Assembly (NCBI GenBank): GCA_963724765.1
Contig: CAVRVY010000004.1
Location: 768,001-832,000 of the forward strand
Length of the DNA: 64,000 bases
From: an uncultured delta proteobacterium
GTDB lineage: Bacteria > Desulfobacterota > Binatia > Binatales > Binataceae
Direction of reading: 5' to 3'
Shown here: piece after piece, positions 56,131 to 64,000 of the stretch
How the letters are laid out: the number at the start of each line of letters is the position of its first letter
Numbering within the stretch: position 1 is the stretch's first letter
Program-made: the position numbers and the translations under genes
The notes under the pieces: generated by a model
Seen by the model: only the letters and a program-made list of their open reading frames with translations
The model's database searches: none
Told to the model about the DNA's origin: nothing

Positions 56131-57972
56131 ATGGACGACGCGGCCTCCGGCGCTACCCAGCCTTCGTTGTCGCTTGAGCCGCCGTCGGCGCCGCCCGGCG
56201 GCGCCGACGGCGCACGCGGCCTGGCATGGTTCAGCGATCTCGCCGAGCCGCCACTGGCGATTCTCGTCCTCACGCTGCTGGGGGCGGCGCTCTTCCTGGT
56301 CAACCTCGGCGGCTATCCGTTCTACACCAAGGGCGAGCCGCGCGAAGCGGTCACCGTTTTCAACATGCTGCATGGCGGCGGATTCATCCTGCCGCTGCGT
56401 GCGGGAATCGAAGTCCCCTCCAAACCGCTCCTGATGCACTGGCTGGCGGCGATCTTTTCGATCCTCGCCGGAGGCGTCAGCGAGTGGACGGTGCGGATGC
56501 CCTCGGGGCTGTTCGCGATCGGCGGGATGCTGGCCGCCTACTGTTACGTGCGCCGCCTGTTCGACGATCGTATCGGGTTTCTCACCGCAATCATCCTCGG
56601 CACCACCGTACAGTATCTACAAGCCGGCAGCGGCGCGCGCGTCGACATGACGCTCACCTTCTTCCTCGAGATCGCGCTCTTTGAGTTCATCCTGATCGCC
56701 GAGGGGCTGACGGCGCGGCGGATGACGCTCTATTTCGCGATCGCGATGGCGGTGCTGAGCAAGGGGCCCGTGGGCCTCGTACTGCCGGCGCTGGTCGCGC
56801 TGGTGTGGATCGCGCTCGAAGGCCGATGGCGACTGCTGCGCGAGCTGCGCCTTTGGCGCGGAGCGGCCCTGGTCGCGCTGCTGGCCGGAGGATGGTACCT
56901 GGGGGCGGCGCTGGAAGGCGGGATGCCCTTCGTGCACAAGCAGCTCCTGGCGGAAAACCTTTTCCGCTTCGTGCCCGACAGCGCCTTCCATGAGGGCCAC
57001 GCCCATTCTTTCTATTACATGGAGGGAGCGCTGATGGCGGGCTTCCTGCCGTGGACGCCGCTGCTGCTGATCGTCTTGGTCCAGGCGGCGCGCCGCCCGC
57101 GCCAGATGGACCCGCGCCTGTCCTATTTGATGGTTTGGTTTATCGTGGTGCTGCTCTTCTACAATCTGCCGCAGAGCAAGCGCGGCGTTTACCTACTGGC
57201 GCTCTATCCCGCCCTGGCAGCCTTGCTGGCGATTTACGTGGAGGCCGCGGCGCGCGTCCTGGACGTCTCAAAGATCTGGATTCGATGGCTTTCGCAACTT
57301 ACGGCCGCGTTCTTCGTCATCGCCGGCGTCAACGCGCTGCTCGGTTTGGGCTTGCTCGCGTTCGCGCCTCACGCGCTGGAACTGATGCTGAAGAATCTGG
57401 TCATCACCGACTACGATTTCGTGCCGCAGCTCGAGCTTGCCGCGGCGGCCCATCCATTCATCGGGATCGGACTCGGAATCGCCATGATCGCGATCGGCGT
57501 GTTCGCCATACTCGGCCGTCAAAGCGCGGAGCGCCTGTGCGTGGCGATCACTGGCGGGACGATTTGTCTCACGCTCGCCGCCAACCTGTTCGTCTTACCG
57601 GCGCTGGCCAAAGCGCTCACTTTGGAACCATTTACCCACGAGGCGATGAACATCGTTGGCACGCGCAGCGTCGGCTACATGGGAGCGCTCAACTATGATG
57701 TCGCCTATTACAGCGGGCGCAACCTGCCGGTGGTGTCGATCTGGAGCGGACCGCGGCCCGACTATCTGATCGCGTGGCGCGAGGAATTCCTGCGCCTGCC
57801 GCCCGCGATGCGCGCGCAGTTTCGCGCCGTGCTGCTGAGCCATCCGACCGAGCTCGACGGCTCCGGCGGGATGGTGCTGCTGCGATGCGAGCCGGGCTAC
57901 GCGCCGGAAATTCCGGGGCCACCCGGCGCTGCGCCGCCGCCCACAACCGAGCCTCCTGAATTCGACGTCTGA
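56131..57972 (+). CDS. ArnT-like GT-C (GT39/GT83) glycosyltransferase
   Basis: KGEPRE, SKPLLMHW, VRMPS, ARVDM, SKGPVG, KRGVYLLALYP; many TM. Confidence 0.88.
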   Translation: MDDAASGATQPSLSLEPPSAPPGGADGARGLAWFSDLAEPPLAILVLTLLGAALFLVNLGGYPFYTKGEPREAVTVFNMLHGGGFILPLRAGIEVPSKPLLMHWLAAIFSILAGGVSEWTVRMPSGLFAIGGMLAAYCYVRRLFDDRIGFLTAIILGTTVQYLQAGSGARVDMTLTFFLEIALFEFILIAEGLTARRMTLYFAIAMAVLSKGPVGLVLPALVALVWIALEGRWRLLRELRLWRGAALVALLAGGWYLGAALEGGMPFVHKQLLAENLFRFVPDSAFHEGHAHSFYYMEGALMAGFLPWTPLLLIVLVQAARRPRQMDPRLSYLMVWFIVVLLFYNLPQSKRGVYLLALYPALAALLAIYVEAAARVLDVSKIWIRWLSQLTAAFFVIAGVNALLGLGLLAFAPHALELMLKNLVITDYDFVPQLELAAAAHPFIGIGLGIAMIAIGVFAILGRQSAERLCVAITGGTICLTLAANLFVLPALAKALTLEPFTHEAMNIVGTRSVGYMGALNYDVAYYSGRNLPVVSIWSGPRPDYLIAWREEFLRLPPAMRAQFRAVLLSHPTELDGSGGMVLLRCEPGYAPEIPGPPGAAPPPTTEPPEFDV

Positions 57973-58086
57973 AACGGCGTCAAACTGAAATGATTGGCGC
58001 AGTTCAACGGATGGCCCGAACGCGACAGGGTCGATCTGACTAATCGCTAAAATTCAGAAATCGTGGATTACCGCGGAAACCCGCGC

Positions 58087-58123
58087 GAGATCCTTCACTC
58101 GCGCAACGCTCGCGCAGGATGAC
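58087..58123 (-). repeat. REP-like extragenic palindrome
   Basis: Reverse complement GTCATCCTGCGCGAGCGTTGCGCGAGTGAAGGATCTC, between convergent genes; same family as 17729-17747. Confidence 0.6.
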
Positions 58124-58132
58124 CCGAATAGG

Positions 58133-59077
58133 CTATTGCGACTGGCCGCCCGGTGGAACGCAAGTTCCATCTGCGCCGGTTTCGTCCAGCGGGCCGGTTG
58201 CGACGCTGTGCTCGACGTTTAGATCGACCGTCATCACCTGGTTGGTCGCATTGCTCCGATACATCCCCTTGAGCGGCGGCACGTCGGCATAGTCGCGACC
58301 GACGGCAACTCTGATATGGCGCTCGTCGGTGCGATATCGATGAGTCGGATCGAAGCCGGTCCATCCCGCATGCGGAAGCCAGGCTTCGAGCCAGGCATGG
58401 CTTGCCTGCTCGCCAAGCGGAGCACTGCCGCTGGGCGAAATCGCCGGAGCAAGATAACCTGAGACGTAGCGGGCGGGCACGCCCGCCAACCGCAACAGCC
58501 CGATAGTCAGATGTGCGAAGTCCTGGCACACGCCGCTGCCGGACTTCAGGATATCGTCGAGGCTCGAGTGAACATGGGTCCTGGCCTTCTGGTAGTCGAA
58601 CTGGTCACGCACCCAGGCCACGATTCGCGCCACGTAGCTTGCGACGTCCTCGGTCTGGCCCGGCCGCGCCATCCAAAACAGTTTCTGCAGCCGTTCGCTG
58701 AACGGGACGTAGTTACTGGGATTCAGAAACTCGCAATAGTCTCGGAGGTGGGCCTCGTCGTCGGCAAGAAAATCGCGAAACGTCATTTCAGGGTAGGCCT
58801 GGTCGGGGCAGGCCGGCTGAGACGTGTCGGGGCGTTCGACCAGCGATTGGGCGACGATCGTCAGTTCCCGATGGGGCGCGCTGACCGAGACCGAATGCGC
58901 GTGGTTGCCGAAGAAGTCGCGGTATATAAGCACGGCCGCGGGCCGGTCGATACTGAGTTCGAAAGCGACGCATCGCTGCCCCGCCTCTTCCAACGGCCGC
59001 AGCCGCAGTTCGTTGTGCGAATCCTGTGCCGGCTGGTCATACTCGAACCGGGTCCTGTGGCTTATCCGCAGCAGCAT
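58133..59077 (-). CDS. Transglutaminase-like protein with Bact_transglu_N domain
   Basis: RISHRTRFEY, DFFGN, GVCQDFAH catalytic Cys, ARYVSGY, SHAW, GFDPT, GRDYADVPP. Confidence 0.93.
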   Translation of the reverse strand: MLLRISHRTRFEYDQPAQDSHNELRLRPLEEAGQRCVAFELSIDRPAAVLIYRDFFGNHAHSVSVSAPHRELTIVAQSLVERPDTSQPACPDQAYPEMTFRDFLADDEAHLRDYCEFLNPSNYVPFSERLQKLFWMARPGQTEDVASYVARIVAWVRDQFDYQKARTHVHSSLDDILKSGSGVCQDFAHLTIGLLRLAGVPARYVSGYLAPAISPSGSAPLGEQASHAWLEAWLPHAGWTGFDPTHRYRTDERHIRVAVGRDYADVPPLKGMYRSNATNQVMTVDLNVEHSVATGPLDETGADGTCVPPGGQSQ

Positions 59078-59086
59078 CGATAGACC

Positions 59087-60028
59087 TTACTCAAGCGACA
59101 TGTAGCGGTCGAAAATGTGATTGGCGAGGTCTGCACACCTGGCCTCGACGTCGATCAGAAATTCGTGCAGACCGCCCGCGATGGTCTGGTCTGCCGAGCC
59201 CGCGTGCAGCATCGAAAGCAACTCCGCGCAGGGCGGCGTCAGGGGTGCGGGTTCCTCTTCCCGCGACGAAATCCGCGCCAGCGCCTGCGCGAGCCGCTCG
59301 ACACAGAAGCGCATCGAACGCGGAAACGACGAATCGAAGACCAGTATCTCGACCACCCGGTTCACCCTGATCGCATTGCCGTAGAGTTTGCGAAAAGCCT
59401 CGAAGGCCGAAGCGCTGCGCAGCACCGCCGCCCATTGGCGCATGTCGGCCGGTCCGCCGATGTCCTCCAGCCGCGGCAGCAGGTAGTGATACTTGACGTC
59501 GAGCAGCCGCGAGACATTGTCCGGCCGCTCGAGCATCGTGCCGATTTCGATCAGATCGTAGGTCAGGTCGCGCGGCATCGTATTACCGATGATTCCTTCG
59601 ATCGTGTAGAAGTGGCCCTGGAGTTCGCCGAAGAAAGTCGAGACCCCGGCCGCCGCGAGCACCTGCGCCGACCATCCCTGAGTCTCCAGGTAGAGCCGAT
59701 TCACCGCCAGCCAGAGCTCGGATGAGATCAGATGGCGCAGCGGGCTCAGGTTTGCGCGCAGCGACTCGATACAACTCCGGATCGAGGAAAGGTTCTCCTT
59801 GTCAAAGACGAAGAAATCGATCACGGAGGATTCGGTGGCGTGGCTGTGCTTGGCCGCGAACAACTCCTGCTCGGCGGTGATGCGGACCAGCGGCTCCCAC
59901 GGATCGAGGTCGCGCGGCGGAACCTCGAGCAGCAGATGGTAGTTGACGTCGACCAGGCGCGCGCGCCATTGCGCACGCTCCAGATAGCGCGCCGCCCAGA
60001 ATAATGAACCCGCAATGCGCCGCAACAC
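59087..60028 (-). CDS. Alpha-E domain protein (DUF403)
   Basis: LFWAARYLERA, LERPD..SRLLD, FPRS; in the canonical operon position. Confidence 0.9.
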   Translation of the reverse strand: MLRRIAGSLFWAARYLERAQWRARLVDVNYHLLLEVPPRDLDPWEPLVRITAEQELFAAKHSHATESSVIDFFVFDKENLSSIRSCIESLRANLSPLRHLISSELWLAVNRLYLETQGWSAQVLAAAGVSTFFGELQGHFYTIEGIIGNTMPRDLTYDLIEIGTMLERPDNVSRLLDVKYHYLLPRLEDIGGPADMRQWAAVLRSASAFEAFRKLYGNAIRVNRVVEILVFDSSFPRSMRFCVERLAQALARISSREEEPAPLTPPCAELLSMLHAGSADQTIAGGLHEFLIDVEARCADLANHIFDRYMSLE

Positions 60029-61509
60029 TATTGTTCCAGCACCCAGGTATCCTTGCTGCCCCCGCCCTGCGACGAGTTCACGATGAGCGAGCCTTCGCGC
60101 AGCGCCACTCGCGTCAGCCCACCCGCCAGCACGCGCGGCTTTTTCCCGAGCAGCACGAAGGGCCGCAGATCGACGTGGCGCGCCACTAAAGCGGCCTTGC
60201 CGTCGCCACCTCCACCGACCAGCGTCGGATGCACAGAGAGCGGAAAGACCGGCTGTGCGATGTATCCGGCCGGGGCCATCTCGATACGCTTGCGCGCCTG
60301 CGCCAGATCCTCGTCCGTTGCGCTGGGTCCTATCACCACTCCGTAACCGCCCGAGGCTCCGGTCGGCTTGACCACGTAGCGGTCGAGATCGCGCAGCACC
60401 GTCTGTCTGACCTCGGGATCGCGCAACAGGTAGGTCTCGACGATCGGCAGTGACGGTTCCTCGCCCAGGTAGTAGCGGATCATCGCCGGCGTGTAGGCGA
60501 ACACGCCCTTGTCGTCGGCAACCCCGGTGCCGATCGCATTGGCCAGCGCCGCGTTGCCCGCGCGCAGCACCGCGGTCAGACCCGCGACGCCGAGCAGCGA
60601 ATCGGGACGAAAGACCACGGGGTCGAGGAAGTCGTCGTCAATCCGCCGGTACAGGACGTCGATTCGCCGGAGTCCATGAACCGTCTTCATGTACAATTTG
60701 TGATCTACGCATGCCAGGTCGCGTCCTTCGACCAGCTCGATTCCCATCTGCTGCGAAAGAAACACGTGCTCGAAGAACGCCGAATTGAATGGGCCCGGTG
60801 TCAGCAGCGCGACGGTGGGATCCGTGATGCCGTCCGGAGCCAGCTCGCGGAGGCTGGCCAAAAGGTAGGCCGGGTAATTCTCGACGCTGCTGACGCGCAA
60901 GCCGCGAATCAGCTCGGGCATCAGGCGTGTCATGATGCGCCGGTTCTCGATCACGTAGGACACGCCCGACGGCGTGCGGACATTGTCTTCCAGCACGTGG
61001 AAGCGTCCGTCGGCGCCGCGCACCAGGTCGATTCCCGCCACAGTGATGTAGATGCCGCCGGGCGGCTGGATACCGGCGGCGGCGTGACGGAACTGCGGCG
61101 AACCGATCAACAGGTCGCGCGGAATCACTCCGTCCTTGACGATCTGGCATTCGCCGTAGAGGTCGCCGACAAAGGCGTTGAGCGCGCGGGTGCGCTGGAT
61201 CAGGCCAGCTTCGAGTCCGGCCCAGACCTCGGCCGGGATGATCCGGGGAATCGGATCGAAGGGGAATATCCGTTCCTCGCCCTCATTATTGCCATAGACG
61301 TTGAAAGTCACGCCCATCGTCTGGAACATCCGATGCGCGCGCTCTCCGAGTTCGGCGAGCCGCTGGGATTCCATCGCGAGCAGGTACGCAATTACCCGCG
61401 CGCATTCCGGCCGCGGCCGCCCCTGGCCGTCGAACATCTCGTTGATTGGATGCTCGCTCGCCTCTGCCTGCCAACCGGGCACCGCAATGCCCGCCCGCTG
61501 TGCACCCAT
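60028..61509 (-). CDS. Circularly permuted type 2 ATP-grasp protein
   Basis: FPFDPIPR, LEDNVRTPSGVSY, YRRIDDDFLDP, GVADDK, RHVDLRP, NSSQGGGSKDTWV. Confidence 0.94.
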   Translation of the reverse strand: MGAQRAGIAVPGWQAEASEHPINEMFDGQGRPRPECARVIAYLLAMESQRLAELGERAHRMFQTMGVTFNVYGNNEGEERIFPFDPIPRIIPAEVWAGLEAGLIQRTRALNAFVGDLYGECQIVKDGVIPRDLLIGSPQFRHAAAGIQPPGGIYITVAGIDLVRGADGRFHVLEDNVRTPSGVSYVIENRRIMTRLMPELIRGLRVSSVENYPAYLLASLRELAPDGITDPTVALLTPGPFNSAFFEHVFLSQQMGIELVEGRDLACVDHKLYMKTVHGLRRIDVLYRRIDDDFLDPVVFRPDSLLGVAGLTAVLRAGNAALANAIGTGVADDKGVFAYTPAMIRYYLGEEPSLPIVETYLLRDPEVRQTVLRDLDRYVVKPTGASGGYGVVIGPSATDEDLAQARKRIEMAPAGYIAQPVFPLSVHPTLVGGGGDGKAALVARHVDLRPFVLLGKKPRVLAGGLTRVALREGSLIVNSSQGGGSKDTWVLEQ

Positions 61510-61572
61510 CGCGTCTACCTCGCACGAGCGCTCGTGCTTTCGTGCGGTCTCGCACGAGACGCGACGCTCAAC

Positions 61573-61588
61573 AGCAAGGGACGTGCCC
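61573..61588 (-). promoter_or_regulatory. Putative sigma54 (-24/-12) promoter of the CP-ATP-grasp operon
   Basis: Minus strand GGGCACGTCCCTTGCT matches TGGCACG-N4-TTGCW at all but the first base; 64 nt upstream of the ATG. Confidence 0.65.
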
Positions 61589-61618
61589 TGCCGGGAAGGT
61601 CTTATCGCGACGGGCGTA

Positions 61619-62416
61619 CTATGACAGGCGCGCGCGGCGGAGTTCCGCGATCGTCCGGGTCAGGCGCGGCAGCACGTCGGCCGAGCCGCCGCGCAGGCTC
61701 AGATCGCATAGCCCAGTAATTTCCGATTCGTAGAGGTTAACTTCAATCAGGCGGCCGCCGCGCTCCTTGACCTCGATCGCAAAGCCGGCCGCCGGATAGA
61801 CCGTCGCCGAGGTCCCACCCAGGATAACCAGGTCGGCGCGCGCAGAGTGCTCGGCGCATTCGCGCAGCGTGTCGGCGGGAATCGGCTCGCCGAACGCGAC
61901 CGTGTCGGCCTTCAGCATCCCGCGGCATTTCGGACAGAGCGGCGGCAACACCTCGAGACTTATCTCCTCTGCCTGGAAACGCATCCCGCACTGGAGGCAT
62001 CGGATGAGTTTCCAGTTGCCGTGAATCTCGGCGAGTTCCTTGTGCCCGGCCTGGCGATGCAGGTCGTCGACGTTCTGCGTGATAAGGAAGCGCAGCACGC
62101 CGATCTGCTCCAACTCGACGAAGGCGTAATGGCCGGGGTTGGGCCTGGCGATTTTGAGCGGCGCGAACAGCTCGTCGTCCTGGCGCTTAATCCGCTCCTC
62201 CCATCCCTTTTTTGGATCGGCGAGGAAAATCTGGTAGCCGTTCATCGGCGGCTCGCCGTACTTGGTCCACAGACCGCCCGGTCCGCGAAACGGCGGGATG
62301 CCGCTCTCGACCGACATCCCCGCGCCGGTCAGTGCGATCGCGTAGCGTGCATCGAGCAGCATTTCAGCCGCACGCCTTATCTGTTCGTCGGTCGCTCGTT
62401 CGACTTCTTTCGCCAT
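61619..62416 (-). CDS. cobB: NAD-dependent protein deacylase (Sir2 family)
   Basis: TGAGMSVESGIPPFRG, TQNVDDLH, HG, CxxC/CxxC, GTSATVYPAA. Confidence 0.9.
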   Translation of the reverse strand: MAKEVERATDEQIRRAAEMLLDARYAIALTGAGMSVESGIPPFRGPGGLWTKYGEPPMNGYQIFLADPKKGWEERIKRQDDELFAPLKIARPNPGHYAFVELEQIGVLRFLITQNVDDLHRQAGHKELAEIHGNWKLIRCLQCGMRFQAEEISLEVLPPLCPKCRGMLKADTVAFGEPIPADTLRECAEHSARADLVILGGTSATVYPAAGFAIEVKERGGRLIEVNLYESEITGLCDLSLRGGSADVLPRLTRTIAELRRARLS

Positions 62417-62568
62417 CGCGCTCGCGTCACTCCCTGGCGCCTCGAGCGCCGCCGCGTGCCCGTCTCCTTGCGAGCCTAGCACAATGGCGTTACCGGCTCT
62501 CAAGCGGATTCAGCCGACGGGCGAGGTGCGGTTTGACGATGCGCGGAACGCGCGCTAGTGGAAAAGCG

Positions 62569-63048
62569 ATGGAGACTCTGGCGGCGCTCAGCGTCATCGA
62601 GGTCGGCGGCGACCGCTTGCGCATGGAGCAGGCGTGGGCGCTCCGCCGGCGCGTCTTCATCGAAGAGCAGCACGTGCCCGAGGAAGTCGAACTCGACGCG
62701 GACGACGCGCGCGCCTTCCATGCGCTCGCACTCGAGCGCGCAAGTCCGGCAGATCCGGCAAGTCTGGCAGGTCCCGAACGTCCGGTCGGATGCGGCCGGA
62801 TGCTCGCGCATGGCGATTACGTCAAGATCGGGCGGATGGCGGTGCTGGCCGAGCGCCGCGGCGCGGGCATCGGGCGGCGCGTGCTGGAGTTCCTGGTCGA
62901 ACGTGCTCGCCAGCGCGGCTTTCGGCGCGCCGTGCTCGACGCGCAACTCCACGCCGAGGGTTTCTACCGCAAACAAGGCTTCACGCCCGTCGGCGAGATA
63001 TTCGAGGAAGCCGGCATCATGCATCGCAGGATGGAACGCGCGCTGTAA
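62569..63048 (+). CDS. GNAT N-acetyltransferase (ElaA/YjcF-like)
   Basis: LRRRVFIEEQHVP, KIGRMAV, RGAGIG, FYRKQGF, EAGIMH. Confidence 0.9.
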   Translation: METLAALSVIEVGGDRLRMEQAWALRRRVFIEEQHVPEEVELDADDARAFHALALERASPADPASLAGPERPVGCGRMLAHGDYVKIGRMAVLAERRGAGIGRRVLEFLVERARQRGFRRAVLDAQLHAEGFYRKQGFTPVGEIFEEAGIMHRRMERAL

Positions 63049-63088
63049 GTTCAGAAAAACACGGAATCGATCGAAACGAAGGTAACTT

Positions 63089-63421
63089 ATGCGCCGGCGC
63101 GGACTATTAGTAGTCATGGCGGCAGCGCTGCTCGCGATGCTTTGCATGTCGGCGCGTCCGATGGCTGCCGGCATGGATGGCGTCATCATGCAGGGCGGCA
63201 AAATGATGATGATGAAGGGCGGCAAGGCGATGGAGCCGATGACCGCCAGCATGACGATGTCCAACGGCGCGGTCGTGACGCCCGAGGGTACGGTCAAGCT
63301 GCCCGGCGGCCAGGAAATACACATGAAGGACGGCCAGATGATGATGATGGATGGAACGGTCATGGATGGAGGCAAGGCCAAGCCGATGATGAAGCCCAAG
63401 GGCATCGATACGGGCGAGTAA
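63089..63421 (+). CDS. Exported methionine-rich small protein
   Basis: Signal peptide; 23 of 110 residues are Met, with two MMMM runs. Confidence 0.75.
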   Translation: MRRRGLLVVMAAALLAMLCMSARPMAAGMDGVIMQGGKMMMMKGGKAMEPMTASMTMSNGAVVTPEGTVKLPGGQEIHMKDGQMMMMDGTVMDGGKAKPMMKPKGIDTGE

Positions 63422-63425
63422 CGCG

Positions 63426-64000
63426 ATGCGGTCCAGCGCGGTCCGCAAGACCACTCCAATAGATGAAGCAGTGGCCGACCCTCGCTTCTGGGGACGGCGC
63501 ATCCAGCCACTGACCATCCGGCTCAATCACTGGATGAATGTGCTGTTCATCGTTCTCATGGCGGGCAGTGGGCTGGAGATCTTCGCCGCCTATCCTTCGC
63601 TGGGGCCGCAGGGGGCGCAATACGGATGGTATCCGTGGCAGGGAGTCTCGCCGCCGAAATGGCTGACGATCGGCGGATGGCTGGCCGGTGCGCGGCACTG
63701 GCATTTCGCGATCGCCTGGTTTTTGGTCCTGAACGGCATCGTCTACCTCGCGTACTTTTTCGCGCGCGGCGAATGGCGCCGGCGGCTCTTTCTGCCGGCC
63801 CGCGATGCGAGTAACGCGCTCCGGATGTTCGGCTACTATCTGCGCGTGCTCAAGACGCCGCCGCCGGCCGACTTCTACAATGGACTGCAACGCTTCGCCT
63901 ACAGCTCTGTGGTAATAGTCATCACGCTGCAAGTGCTGTCGGGACTGGCTATCTATAAGCCGGTGCAACTCCACTGGCTATTGAGACTCTTCGGCGGTTA
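63426..64000 (+). CDS. Cytochrome b (Ni-hydrogenase b-type/YdhU/MsrQ-like), 3'-truncated; absent from the supplied ORF track
   Basis: Translated by hand: IRLNHWMN...SGLEIF, GGWLAGARHWHFAIAW, YNGLQRFAY, SGLAIYKPVQL; heme His ligands; open to the window end. Confidence 0.88.
   Translation, partial: MRSSAVRKTTPIDEAVADPRFWGRRIQPLTIRLNHWMNVLFIVLMAGSGLEIFAAYPSLGPQGAQYGWYPWQGVSPPKWLTIGGWLAGARHWHFAIAWFLVLNGIVYLAYFFARGEWRRRLFLPARDASNALRMFGYYLRVLKTPPPADFYNGLQRFAYSSVVIVITLQVLSGLAIYKPVQLHWLLRLFGG

Noticed and set aside
61619-62416. Sir2 as an anti-phage NADase (Thoeris/DSR type)
   Set aside because: Has the Zn-ribbon and all motifs of housekeeping CobB sirtuins; no defence partners nearby.

Overview
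GC-rich chromosomal window from a diderm bacterium. The gene content (several CoA-transferases, F420/LLM oxidoreductases, deltaproteobacterial-type synteny) is compatible with Ca. Binatota or relatives; this is inference. It holds about 60 mostly housekeeping or metabolic genes: apt, czcD, an alr-purH-purD-tsaC-DUF1015 operon divergent from a TPP-riboswitch-controlled thiSGE operon, tldD/tldE, a RavA-like AAA ATPase with recO, msrA, a Mop/HTH-PBP/porin/WtpA-type Mo/W uptake locus, udg-nfeD-slipin, coaBC, ino1, mrp, glyA, uppP, an ArnT-like glycosyltransferase, a CP-ATP-grasp/alpha-E/transglutaminase operon with a sigma54-like promoter, cobB, a GNAT, and a Met-rich protein followed by a truncated cytochrome b. 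I found no rRNA, tRNA, CRISPR array, integrase or transposase. The most notable unexplained structure is two separate 1.4-1.6 kb single-gene, surface-function inserts (an AT-rich OMP island and a frameshifted GT-C glycosyltransferase). Each is bracketed by 40-50 bp imperfect direct repeats of local host sequence with no recombinase in the window, and short tandem duplications are frequent at gene ends and inside genes.
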